NCBI GenBank assembly: GCA_963804085.1
Contig: CAWDOQ010000002.1
Location: 32,001-96,000 of the forward strand
Source of the DNA: Chlamydiia bacterium
GTDB taxonomy: Bacteria; Chlamydiota; Chlamydiia; Chlamydiales; Rhabdochlamydiaceae
Direction of reading: 5' to 3'
Length of the DNA: 64,000 nucleotides
Of this stretch, positions 30,833 to 40,565 are shown piece after piece. Numbering within the stretch: the stretch's first letter is position 1; every line of letters starts with the position of its first letter. The notes below the pieces were generated by a model, which searched no databases, was not told the DNA's origin, and saw only the letters and a list, made by a program, of their open reading frames with translations. The position numbers and the translations under genes were made by a program.

Positions 30833-32270
30833 ATGAACGATCAACGATTAAAAGAAAAATATCTTGTTATAGCCCGCAAGTACCGCCCGCAGACTTTTGC
30901 GAGCATGGTCGGGCAAGAAGCGATCGTCTCCACTTTAAAAAATGCTTTGCGCCATAACCGTCTTGCGCACGCCTACCTCTTTGCAGGCTCAAGAGGCACG
31001 GGAAAGACCACTCTTGCGCGCCTTTTTGCTAAAGCACTCAATTGCCGAGCGCTCACTCAAGATCAAGAGCCGTGCAATAGCTGCCCCTCTTGCCTCGAAA
31101 TCGCTCAGGGAAGATCTTTAGATGTCTTGGAGATCGACGGGGCCTCCAATCGGGGCATCGATGATATCCGCGAAATCAACGAGACTGTGGGCTACTCTGC
31201 CGCATCAGGCAAATATAAAATATATATCATCGACGAGGTGCACATGCTCACCAAGGAGGCATTCAATGCCCTCCTGAAAACTTTGGAAGAGCCGCCCGCA
31301 AATGTTAAGTTTTTCTTTGCAACAACAGAGCCGCACAAGGTGCTGCCTACTATCATCAGCCGCTGCCAGCGGTTTGACTTAAACCGCATCGCAGATGTTG
31401 CGATGCGAAAAAAGCTGGCCTATATCGCCTCCGATCTCGGTATTCAAGTAGATGAGGGAGCTCTTTTTCTGCTCACAAAAAAGGCAGAGGGGTCTTTGCG
31501 CGATGCGGAGTCTCTTCTCGATCAGATCTTCTGCTATGCGGACAAGAAGATCACATTGGAGATGGTCACCACACATCTTGGAATGCTGCCCAAAGAGGCC
31601 TTCTTCGCACTCGATAAAGCGATCCATGCGCGCGACTTGTCATTCGCTTTTTCTCTTGCAGAACAACTCTTTTCCTCCGGAAAAGATCTCACCTGCTTTC
31701 TCGACGATCTGATGGAACACTTCCGCCTGCTCATGCGTGGACATTTGGGACAGACGTTAGATGGCATTAGCCCAAAGGAAGAAGAGAGCTACCGCGCCTC
31801 TTTGAAGCTCTACACCTTAGAAGAGTGCACCTACATTTTGGATTATCTGATGGTCGAGACAAGCCACTTCACCCGCTCCAGTTTTAAACGGATCACACTA
31901 GAGATGATCCTCCTCCACCTCGTCCGCAGCCGCATGCGTGTTCCTACTGAGACCCTCGTGCAGCGCTTATTTGAGTTGGAAAAAGCGCTTGGGTCCGGGC
32001 CTGTGGCTCCTGTGGCGGCAGCGGTACCTGTGGTGCATGGCAGTCGTGGTACCTGTGGTACCGGAGGCAGCGGTAGCAGCTCTGGTACCTGAGGTTAAAC
32101 TTGAAGTTGAGGCAACAATAGCCCCCGTTGTTATCACCCCGCCCACCCCCTCGCCTCTCCTCCCCGCTTCTCCTCCTGCCGCTAAAGAGGAGGATAAGAA
32201 GAAAAAAATGCGACAAGAGACTCTTTTACGCTTTGCGGCCGTCGAGCTGGAAGGCGCTTTAAAGAAATAA
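30833..32270 (+). CDS. dnaX: DNA polymerase III gamma/tau, frameshifted near 32035
   Basis: ARKYRPQTF, GSRGTGKTT, DEVHML, SRC; C-terminal ETLLRFAAVELEG tail lies in the +1 frame. Confidence 0.95.
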
Positions 32271-32320
32271 TTTGCATTGGTAGCTTTTTTCCTGGCGATA
32301 TTGTATACTCACATCTTCAA

Positions 32321-32390
32321 ACGTGCCCGTGTGCCGTGCCCGAATCCGGATTAATTCCGGGCACGGGCACGGGCAGGGGCACGGGCACGT
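32321..32390. repeat. Hexamer-period inverted repeat element
   Basis: ACGTGCCC..GCCCGA-ATCCGGATTAAT-..CGGGCAC..GGGCACGT. Confidence 0.9.
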
Positions 32391-32416
32391 TAAAGAATAC
32401 TAGGAGTTTTATTCTT

Positions 32417-32725
32417 ATGGGCAGCGGATATTCGAAAATGAAAAAGCAAGCGCGCATGATGGAAGAGCAGTTCGGAAAGATGCGCGAAGAGATGAAAGCC
32501 AAGCAGCTTTCAGGCTCAAGCGGCAATGGCCTTGTGACAGTTATAATCAATGGAGAGAAAGAGCTGCAAGAGATCCGCATCAAGCCGGAATGTGTCGATC
32601 CTCAAGATCTCGAAGGGTTGCAAGACCTGATTAAAGCAGCCCTGCAAGACGCCTACCAAAAAGCCGGTGAAGAGTCCGACTCTCCCTTAGGTAGTGGCAT
32701 GCCCCTTCCCTTCGGCAAATTTTAA
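32417..32725 (+). CDS. ybaB: YbaB/EbfC nucleoid-associated protein
   Basis: GSSGNGLV.V.ING, DP.D.E.LQDLI.AA; follows dnaX; SD AGGAG. Confidence 0.93.
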   Translation: MGSGYSKMKKQARMMEEQFGKMREEMKAKQLSGSSGNGLVTVIINGEKELQEIRIKPECVDPQDLEGLQDLIKAALQDAYQKAGEESDSPLGSGMPLPFGKF

Positions 32726-34423
32726 AATCGTCCTACCTACATCTGCCGAGCAGTTAAGCGGAAGCACCTGCTCGGCAAGCAGAAGCGCCTCCTCAAATGA
32801 GGATTGGTGGATCGTCTTTTTTACAAAAGGAATATAGCGGGGTGCGCAAGAAAATGCCTCTATGCCTAATCCAAGTAGAAGAGGGATAAAGAGAGGATTG
32901 GAAGCAAGCTCGCCACAGATCATCAGCGGCTTTTTATGCAGCCTGGCAGCATCAGCTACTAGCTTGATCATGCGCGGAATGCTCGGATGTGTCGGAAAGC
33001 AGAAGTCATTCATGAGCGGATCTCTGCGATCGATACCCAATGTATATTGAACTAGATCGTTTGTGCCGATCGAAAGAAAGTCGCTCTCCTCTGCTAGCGC
33101 ATCGCAAATATAGACTGCGGCAGGCACCTCCACCATGCAGCCTAAAGGAACCCTACTTGCATATGGCACCTTTTCTCGTCTCAGCTCGTCTGCCACTTGA
33201 GTAAGGAGCAGCTTTGTCTCTCTGAGTTCTTGGATATCTGCGATAAGGGGCAAGAGAATCCGGACATTCTTTTGAAATGCGGCTCTTAGGATCGCTCTGA
33301 GCTGAATCTTAAAGAGAGGCTTTCTGTGTAGAAGAAACTGGATGCCTCTGCCAATTTCATGCGAAAGTAGCGCAGGGCTCTTGTCTCCCCCAATATCAAA
33401 AACGCGTATGACGACAGGCAGGTCGTTTGCCTGCTGGAGCAAGCTCTGGTAGGCTTGGTATTGGCCCTCCTCTGATTCGAGCAAGAGTGGATCTTCGAGT
33501 AGAAGATATTCGGAACGAAACAGCCCCACCCCATCACCCTTCATCTGGTGCAAGAGCTCCATCTCATCAACACTGCCGATATTGCCATGGATCTCTACCG
33601 AGTATCCCTCGACAGTCTCAGTCTTTTCCAGCACCTCTTTTTTTAAGAGTTGATAGGAGGCTTGCCAGATCTCTCTCTTCTCTTGATACTCCAGAAGCGT
33701 GCTTTCGGTCGGATTGAGAATCACCTCGCCTCGCGTACCATCGATGATCACCTGCTTGCCTTCCGCCTGCTGCATCAGATGCATGTCGATGCTTGCAACA
33801 CAGGGAATCCTCTTAGCTCTTGCGATGAGTGCGGCGTGCGAATGGCCCCCTCCAAAATGGATGACAAAACCACTGACCTGCGAAGGATGGACAGTCGCTG
33901 TATGTGAAGGAACAAGCTCGTGAGTGAAAACGATCGAGTCGGCAGGGATATTTTCGAAAAACTTTTGGGGATGATGGGCAAGATGATTTAAAATTCTCTT
34001 CGAGACATCGCGCACATCGATAAGACGCTGCTCGAAAAAGGAGTCCCTACTCTGCGTGAGCTTTTTTTCATAGTCGGTAATCACCGCACGAAACACCGAC
34101 TCTGTATTCTTCTGCCTGTTACGGATCTTATCTTCGATATTTGTCGTAATGAGGGGATCGGCGAGCATCTGGATGTGCGAGTCTATGATCGTAGCAGCAT
34201 CAAAGGAGCCCTCTTGCTTTAAATTAGATTGCAAAAGGCGCAAATCCTCTCTACTCGAAAAGAGAGCTCTTCTCCAACGCGCGATCTCTCTATCCACTTC
34301 GGAAAGGTCGATCTCAACCTCAGGCACAAGTTCAGCATCCTGCTGCTGGTGCGACAAGAAAAAGGCTGGGCCAATCGCGATCCCTTCACTTACGGGCGTT
34401 CCTTGTAATCTGTTCTCTTTCAC
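32687..34423 (-). CDS. ptsI: PTS enzyme I
   Basis: GGGHSHAALIARA phospho-His motif, GVGLFRSE, MVEVP, SIGTNDLVQY, CGE. Confidence 0.95.
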   Translation of the reverse strand: MKENRLQGTPVSEGIAIGPAFFLSHQQQDAELVPEVEIDLSEVDREIARWRRALFSSREDLRLLQSNLKQEGSFDAATIIDSHIQMLADPLITTNIEDKIRNRQKNTESVFRAVITDYEKKLTQSRDSFFEQRLIDVRDVSKRILNHLAHHPQKFFENIPADSIVFTHELVPSHTATVHPSQVSGFVIHFGGGHSHAALIARAKRIPCVASIDMHLMQQAEGKQVIIDGTRGEVILNPTESTLLEYQEKREIWQASYQLLKKEVLEKTETVEGYSVEIHGNIGSVDEMELLHQMKGDGVGLFRSEYLLLEDPLLLESEEGQYQAYQSLLQQANDLPVVIRVFDIGGDKSPALLSHEIGRGIQFLLHRKPLFKIQLRAILRAAFQKNVRILLPLIADIQELRETKLLLTQVADELRREKVPYASRVPLGCMVEVPAAVYICDALAEESDFLSIGTNDLVQYTLGIDRRDPLMNDFCFPTHPSIPRMIKLVADAARLHKKPLMICGELASNPLFIPLLLGLGIEAFSCAPRYIPFVKKTIHQSSFEEALLLAEQVLPLNCSADVGRTILKFAEGKGHATT

Positions 34424-35391
34424 ACTCGTATCCTTGCTCTTTCTCTCATCTTTTTCATACTCTGCTTTTTTGCAAGAGTCTCTAGCAGCTTTGCATTGAA
34501 CTCTTTTGCAGAATTATACCCCATCTCTTTTAAGCGATGGTTTAGGACAATTGTCTCTAAAAGAAGCACCACATCTCGACCCGGCTTCACAGGGAGCACA
34601 TGGTAGGGAACTTTCACTCCTAAGAGGTCGCAATATTTTTGATCTAATCCGACACGATCGTAAAAGCGCTTGTCATCCCACTCTTCCAGTTTGACTACGA
34701 CGTCGAGATGCTTGCTGTCGCGTACGCAGACTGCACCATAAAGATGGGCGACATTGATGATCCCAATTCCGCGGATCTCCATCATGTGGCGTGTAAGCTC
34801 GGGGCCGCTCCCTTCAAGGTAGGAGCCCTCTCTTAGACGCACCTTGACCACATCATCGGAGATAAGACGGTGGCCTCTTTCAATGAGCCCAAGTGCTGCT
34901 TCGCTTTTACCAACAGAGGAGTCGCCTTGAATCATAACGCCCACGCCAAAAGCCTCCACAAGCGTGCCGTGAGATGTCATGCTGGGAGAGAACTCTTCGC
35001 TGAGCAAAAATGTCATTTTGCTCAAGAGGTTCATCGTTGTCATGCTCGCACGAAAGAGAGGGATATCTCTCTCCTCACAAAAAGAGATGAGCTCTTCGGG
35101 AGGACGAAAACGGCCTGCGACAATGACACTGGGAGTGTCTTTAGTTAAAACACCTTTGAGCCGTTCTCTTCTCAAGTCTGGGCTACCCAGATCTTTTAAA
35201 TAGAGAATTTCGACATTTCCAAAGATTAATATTCTGTCGCGCGCATAATTTTTGAGATATCCGGAAAGACTCAAGCCGGGGCGATGCACTTCCGCAATTT
35301 TGATAGGACGTTTTATCCCCTTTTTCCCGGCGATTAACTCGAGCCCGAGCGGCCCTTTATGTTTTTCGAAAAGATCCAACACGCGATACAT
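34420..35391 (-). CDS. hprK: HPr kinase/phosphorylase
   Basis: RPGL, HG.LV..FGVGV.I.GDSSVGKSE.AL.LI.RGHRL.SDD, EIRGIGII, PGR. Confidence 0.95.
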   Translation of the reverse strand: MYRVLDLFEKHKGPLGLELIAGKKGIKRPIKIAEVHRPGLSLSGYLKNYARDRILIFGNVEILYLKDLGSPDLRRERLKGVLTKDTPSVIVAGRFRPPEELISFCEERDIPLFRASMTTMNLLSKMTFLLSEEFSPSMTSHGTLVEAFGVGVMIQGDSSVGKSEAALGLIERGHRLISDDVVKVRLREGSYLEGSGPELTRHMMEIRGIGIINVAHLYGAVCVRDSKHLDVVVKLEEWDDKRFYDRVGLDQKYCDLLGVKVPYHVLPVKPGRDVVLLLETIVLNHRLKEMGYNSAKEFNAKLLETLAKKQSMKKMRERARIRV

Positions 35392-35474
35392 GCCCCCGAT
35401 TTTAAGGAACAACTAAAGTTTTTTGAAAGTAAAAACCGTTGAAAATTATTCTCTTTTCCCTCACAAATAAATGT

Positions 35475-36740
35475 ATGACATACTCAAAAGTTGTAATTGT
35501 AGGTGGAGGATTCGGCGGCTTAAATGCAGCGCTTAATTTAAAAAAGGCAGAGGTTAATGTCTTATTAATAGATAGGACCAACCACCACCTCTTTCAACCC
35601 CTGCTCTATCAAGTAGCTACCGCTGCCCTCTCTCCGGGAGATATCGCAACTCCTATTCGCGAGATAATGCGCAAGCAGGAGAACGCCACTGTCATTATGG
35701 GCGACGTGGTAGCCGTTGACAAAGAAAAGAGGCAAATCCTGTTTGCAAACGGAGATAGAGTAGGCTACGACTACCTCGTTTTAGCAACCGGCGCGCGCCA
35801 CTCCTACTTCGGAAACGATGGGTGGGAACCGATAGCCCCGGGCCTTAAAACAATTTCCGATGCGCTAAAAATCCGCGAGCAGATCTTAATCTCTTTTGAA
35901 AAGGCTGAGCGCTTGGACAACTTAAGCGAAGCGGCTAAATTTTTAAACTTTGTCGTGATCGGCGGCGGCCCTACCGGCGTCGAGATGGCGGGTGCGATTG
36001 CAGAGATCGCGCATACCGCGCTATTTAAAAACTTCCGCAGAATCAACCCCAAAACAGCCAAGATCTACCTCATCGAAGCTCTTCCTCATATCCTGCCCAC
36101 CTACCCTCCTAAGCTCTCTTTAAGCGCAAAGGAGGATCTAGAAGATCTCGGCGTCGAAGTCTTGACAGGAAGAAAAGTGACGAATATCACGAGTGAAGGG
36201 GTCTATTTAGATGGCCTTTTTATCGAATCAGAAAACGTGATCTGGGCAGCAGGGAACCAAGCCTCCCCCCTCTTGAAAACTTTAAATGTCCCGCTTGATA
36301 GACAAGGACGCGTGCAGGTCGGCTCCGATCTCTCTATACCTGATCATCCCGAGATATTTGTGATTGGCGATGCTGCATGTGCCATCGGAAAAGATGGCAA
36401 GCCCCTTCCCGGTATCGCACCTACCGCAATTCAGCAAGGGAAATATGTCGCAAAACTCATTAAAAATGGCCTTCCCAAAGAGGCGCGCCCTCCCTTCCAA
36501 TACTTTGATAAGGGGAGCATGGCGACCATTGGCGTACTGCGTGCGATTGCGATGGTGGGAAAATTTCAGTTTACCGGATTTCTTGCTTGGATTGCTTGGT
36601 GCTTCATCCACGTCCTTTATCTCATCGACTTTAGAAACCGCTTGATCGTGATGGTCCAGTGGTTCTACCACTTCCTGTCCGGCGCAAGAGGTTCACGGCT
36701 CATCTACCGCTCTTTAGATACCGAACTTAAGAAGAAAATA
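35475..36740 (+). CDS. ndh: Type II NADH dehydrogenase (reads in frame into comEC in this assembly)
   Basis: GGGFGG, HLFQPLLYQVAT, GGGPTGVE.AG, IWAAG, KGSMATIG. Confidence 0.92.
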
Positions 36741-38204
36741 GTGAAGCAGTTTTGGGACCAACATCCCTCGCTCTTTTTCGGTCTGCATCTCCTTGTAGGT
36801 GCTGCTGCTGTTTTTTATCCTCACCCCGCATACTTGCTAGCCTTGCCCACTTTATGGCTGCCGCTTTTTGCCACCCAGAAAGGACGCATTTTTAAAGGTG
36901 CGCTTCTTTGTATTTTCTCTCTTCTGTATACCTTGTGGCTCTACCCTCCACTTCCTGCTCAAGAACAGCTCCAAGGGACCGCTCACTTTCACATCTCCAC
37001 TGTCCGCATCCTCTCCTCCCCTTTTCAGCGCTCTTTAGTCTACCAAGGAGAAGCGCGCGCTTTTAAATGTGAAGATGGACTAACACTCAAACACATTCCT
37101 TGCCAAATCTACCTTCCCCTGAGCAAAGAAAGAGCGCCGGCAAATAGAGACTATCTCATCACAGGAACCCTTATAAAAAAGGGGCTGCGCACCTATCTCT
37201 TCAAACCCCAAAAAGAGATGCCCTGGCAAGCAATAGACTCTTCACACTCATTTGCCGAATGGCGCTACATGGCAAAAGAAAAAGTGCGCCTCTTTTTAAA
37301 AGAGCATCTTGCAAATAGCTCCGCATGTGCCTTTCTCACAGCTCTTACCGTCGGCGAAGTCGATGAGAGAGTGCTAGCCCTTGAGTTTGCTAAAATTGGC
37401 CTCCAGCACATCTTGGGCATCTCCGGCTTTCACTTCGTTCTGCTCGCAGGTTTTTTGGGATTGGGCTTGCGACTCTTCTTGCCCTTCAAATGGACTGCAG
37501 CGCTGCTGCTGCTTTTGCTGACCGGCTACTTCTTCTTTGTAGGCAATGCGCCCGCCGTCATGCGCGGCTACGTCGCAATCAGCGTCTATCTAGTCGGGCG
37601 GCTCTTAGGAATGAAAACATCCGCGCTAAACGCTCTTGGTGTCGGCCTATGCGCAGAGATCCTCTTTGATCCCTTTCTCGTCACGCAGATCGGCTTCCAG
37701 CTCAGCTTCTTGTGCACTGTGGCGATCCTTCTCCTCTATCCCCCGATGAACCAGCTAATGGCCCGCCTTCTTCCCAAACGCCCTTTAAGCCAAGTCATCA
37801 CAATGAGCACTCTCGATCAGCATGGCTACCTACTCTCCGCTTTCACTCGCGAAGCGCTCGCCCTAAACCTCGCCGTCCATCTCGCTTCGACCCCACTCGT
37901 TCTCTTCCTCTTTCACAAGTTTCCTCTGATGAGCCTCCTCTACAACCTCTTCTGTCCCCTCTGGAGCAGCCTCGCCTTTATCCTCTTCCTCCTCGCCACC
38001 CTCGTCTACTTCCTACTCCCTCCGCTCGGCACCCTCCTCTTCCAGCTAACCAACTCCTTCACCGCCCTCCTCCTCCAGCTCACCTCGCATCCTCCGGCCC
38101 CCCTCGACTTCTCCCTCCACACCTCTACCTTTCCCTTCACCCTCCTCATCCTATTCCTCTGCCTGCTCTTCTACTTAAGCACGATTAAAATAAAGAGTGA
38201 ATGA
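36741..38204 (+). CDS. comEC: ComEC/Rec2 family competence membrane protein
   Basis: GLQHILGISGFH, PAVMR, GFQLSF; GTG at 36741 is a plausible start. Confidence 0.88.
   Translation: MKQFWDQHPSLFFGLHLLVGAAAVFYPHPAYLLALPTLWLPLFATQKGRIFKGALLCIFSLLYTLWLYPPLPAQEQLQGTAHFHISTVRILSSPFQRSLVYQGEARAFKCEDGLTLKHIPCQIYLPLSKERAPANRDYLITGTLIKKGLRTYLFKPQKEMPWQAIDSSHSFAEWRYMAKEKVRLFLKEHLANSSACAFLTALTVGEVDERVLALEFAKIGLQHILGISGFHFVLLAGFLGLGLRLFLPFKWTAALLLLLLTGYFFFVGNAPAVMRGYVAISVYLVGRLLGMKTSALNALGVGLCAEILFDPFLVTQIGFQLSFLCTVAILLLYPPMNQLMARLLPKRPLSQVITMSTLDQHGYLLSAFTREALALNLAVHLASTPLVLFLFHKFPLMSLLYNLFCPLWSSLAFILFLLATLVYFLLPPLGTLLFQLTNSFTALLLQLTSHPPAPLDFSLHTSTFPFTLLILFLCLLFYLSTIKIKSE
38182..38202 (+). repeat. 21-bp direct repeat, left copy (comEC 3' end)
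   Basis: CGATTAAAATAAAGAGTGAAT, identical at 39528-39548. Confidence 0.9.
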
Positions 38205-38208
38205 AGCT

Positions 38209-38283
38209 CGCGCCCGCTTCCGCGCCCGCGTGCGTACCCGAATTTCCGGATCGGGCGCGCACGCGGGCGCGGAAGCGGGCGCG
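38209..38283. repeat. Hexamer-period inverted repeat, GCGCCC/GCTTCC subfamily
   Basis: 33-bp arms with two mismatches around ATTTCCGGA. Confidence 0.92.
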
Positions 38284-38330
38284 TATAAGAAGAGGGGGAT
38301 GTAGTTTTCAGCTTTACCCTCTAAAAAGCG

Positions 38331-38357
38331 AAAAGCCCCAAGGTAGTCCTTGAGGCT
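38331..38357 (-). terminator. Putative intrinsic terminator of the vWA gene
   Basis: AGCCCCAAGG-TAGT-CCTTGAGGCT stem preceded by A-runs on the + strand. Confidence 0.55.
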
Positions 38358-38398
38358 AAGCGCCGGCCAGGTAGTCCCAACCCATTTATAACTTCACT

Positions 38399-39463
38399 CT
38401 AGCTTTTCTTTGCTAGAACAGGATAGACGGCGATATGAGTGCCTGTAGCCTGGTATTGAGCGACGACTTCTGATTCATCATGGCGCCCATCTTGGGTTTT
38501 GGGGTGAGGGGGAGCATCGCCAACGAGCAGAACCACACGTTTCGCTTTTGGATTCCAGGATAGCTTGTCTTTGGCAGCTAGAAGAGCATCAAGAACTGCT
38601 TCAGGTTCATCACCACCTCCAGAAACCGTAAGACTCTCTACGGCTTTTTTGACTTTTGTGAGGTCTTTGGTGAAGGCAGTATTCACTCTATTTAAGAAAT
38701 CGTCACCACTATCACGGTATTCCAGAATAGCAACCCGCGTATCTTTCTTTTTCTGCAACTCCTCCAAAAATTTAACCAAATTGTGTTGTACCTGTTCGAT
38801 GTAGTGGTTCATGCTTTTAGTGGTATCAAGCACAAAAGCTACATCTAGCGATTCACTTGTCCCAGAATCTTTCAGGATTTTCCCGAAAACATTCTCCATC
38901 ACAGGGGTAAGGTTCTCAGAAGAAGACCAAGGGGTAACGTCGCCCCCTGTCTCAGTGGCTATGCGTTCAAAGGCATCTTTCACAGTATCACCAGAAGAGA
39001 TCGCTTCTAAAGAACCGTTACGATTTTCTACCGACATCACAGCTCCAGGAGCAAACCTTATGCTCGATTGTTTAAGAGGAAGACCCTCGAACATAGTTTC
39101 ACAACGGGCCGTTAATTCACATTCACCTTCCAAGGGCAAATAAGTCACTTTCGGCGGATTGCATCTTGCCTTATAGGATCCTCCTGGGATTTTACACACG
39201 GGGGTTTCATCGCATGGCGTACTTGCATGCGCACCGGGTAGCGAAAAACTGGGCAATTTAGAGGAAACATAGGATGCTACGCGACCGGGCAGGCTGCTTG
39301 CAATCCAATCTTCGATCCATCCTCCCACTTGTGCGGTCGCATCATAGCACGCCGCTTCGTACTGCATCGGCTGAAAGCCACTTACTGGACCCGTGCCTTT
39401 TGTAGAAGGGAAACCTGAATTCGCGACTAAGGAAACAGAAGAATTGGGGCTTAATTGGATCAT
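38399..39463 (-). CDS. vWA-domain protein with a Cys-containing CVNH-like module
   Basis: DVAFVLDTTKSM MIDAS-like motif, YRD, GGGDEPEA, VGDAPPH; PGGSY...C...L.A.C...N.NG.L upstream. Confidence 0.8.
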   Translation of the reverse strand: MIQLSPNSSVSLVANSGFPSTKGTGPVSGFQPMQYEAACYDATAQVGGWIEDWIASSLPGRVASYVSSKLPSFSLPGAHASTPCDETPVCKIPGGSYKARCNPPKVTYLPLEGECELTARCETMFEGLPLKQSSIRFAPGAVMSVENRNGSLEAISSGDTVKDAFERIATETGGDVTPWSSSENLTPVMENVFGKILKDSGTSESLDVAFVLDTTKSMNHYIEQVQHNLVKFLEELQKKKDTRVAILEYRDSGDDFLNRVNTAFTKDLTKVKKAVESLTVSGGGDEPEAVLDALLAAKDKLSWNPKAKRVVLLVGDAPPHPKTQDGRHDESEVVAQYQATGTHIAVYPVLAKKS

Positions 39464-39527
39464 AGGGTTACTCCGATCGTGGTTGTGAATAGATCCTCCA
39501 ACAATAAATCGGACCGCGCATTACTTT

Positions 39528-39582
39528 CGATTAAAATAAAGAGTGAATATCGGGCACGCACGCGGGCGCGGAAGCGGGCACG
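39528..39582 (+). repeat. Right copy of the 21-bp direct repeat plus solo right arm of the hexamer element
   Basis: CGATTAAAATAAAGAGTGAAT then TCGGGCACGCACGCGGGCGCGGAAGCGGGCACG. Confidence 0.88.
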
Positions 39583-39652
39583 ACAAGAGAAGAGGTGGGG
39601 TATAGTTCATATTGACCAAAAGGGGGGGTGTCGAGTACAAATGATGCGTTCT

Positions 39653-39727
39653 GGCGATCGTAGCTCAGTTGGTTAGAGCGTTGGATTGTGGATCCAAATG
39701 TCGCGGGTTCGAATCCCGTCGATCGCC
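39653..39727 (+). tRNA. tRNA-His (GTG)
   Basis: G-1, acceptor GCGATCG/CGATCGC, D arm GCTC/GAGC, anticodon arm TTGGA-TTGTGGA-TCCAA, T loop TTCGAAT, discriminator C; full CCA not encoded. Confidence 0.96.
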
Positions 39728-39769
39728 CATTGTCTTGCCCAATCTCATGAGATATGTTAAGAGAAAAGT

Positions 39770-40559
39770 ATGTCTGCATTAGAGGCGCTTATCATAGGAA
39801 TCTTGCAGGGGCTGACTGAGTTTCTGCCCGTCAGCTCTTCTGCTCACCTGCAGCTGATGAAGCTCTTTCTAGGTATCCCCACGGGTGAAAATCTGGTCAT
39901 TTTCGATCTCGTTTGCCATTTAGGTACGCTGATCGCTATTCTACTCTTTTTGAGAAGAGAGATCTTGGAGATCCTGGTCGATCGAAAAAAAATAGGGCTT
40001 ATCGTGACTGCAACGCTTCCGCTCATCCCTTTCTATTTTTTCTTAAAGCCCCTGCGCGACTGGGCATCTGATACCCATCTTCTGGGTTTTTGTCTCATTC
40101 TGACTGCAGGTATTCTCTTTGCCGGATCACGCCTCCGGCTACGCGCTCATTCCAACAGAAGCACCTACTTTTAAGCAGCAGATGAAGGACGCTCTCTGGA
40201 TAGGCACGCTCCAATCGACTGCTCTCATTCCCGGCATTTCACGCAGTGCGTCGACCATCTCAGGGGCGCAAATTTTGGGCTGGGAGGCAAAAGACGCTGT
40301 CCGCTTCTCTTTTCTGCTATCGATCCCCACAGTTATCGGCGGTAATTGCATCGAGCTCTTTAAACTCCACTTAGCCAACTCTTCTCATGCTCTTGCTCTT
40401 CCCTTTTCCACCTACCTTTTCGGCTTTTTATCCTCGTGCACGGTGGGTCTTGTCGTCATCCGTTACGCGATGCGTTTTTTAGAAAAGGGCAACTTAAAAC
40501 CGTTTGCCTGGTACTGCCTGATCCTGGGCATTGCCAGCAGCATTTACCTCAACTTCTGA
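39770..40559 (+). CDS. uppP: Undecaprenyl-diphosphate phosphatase, frameshifted near 40150
   Basis: QGLTEFLPVSSSAH in the first ORF; PGISRS and RFSFLLSIP in the +1 frame. Confidence 0.92.
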
Positions 40560-40565
40560 GCAAAT

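Noticed and set aside
31970-32100. Programmed dnaX frameshift producing gamma/tau
   Set aside because: The join needs +1 rather than -1, there is no A AAA AAG or long A-run, and the same defect occurs in unrelated genes.
38399-39727. tRNA-anchored integrative island
   Set aside because: The insert is upstream of the tRNA, the tRNA 3' end is not duplicated, and there is no integrase.
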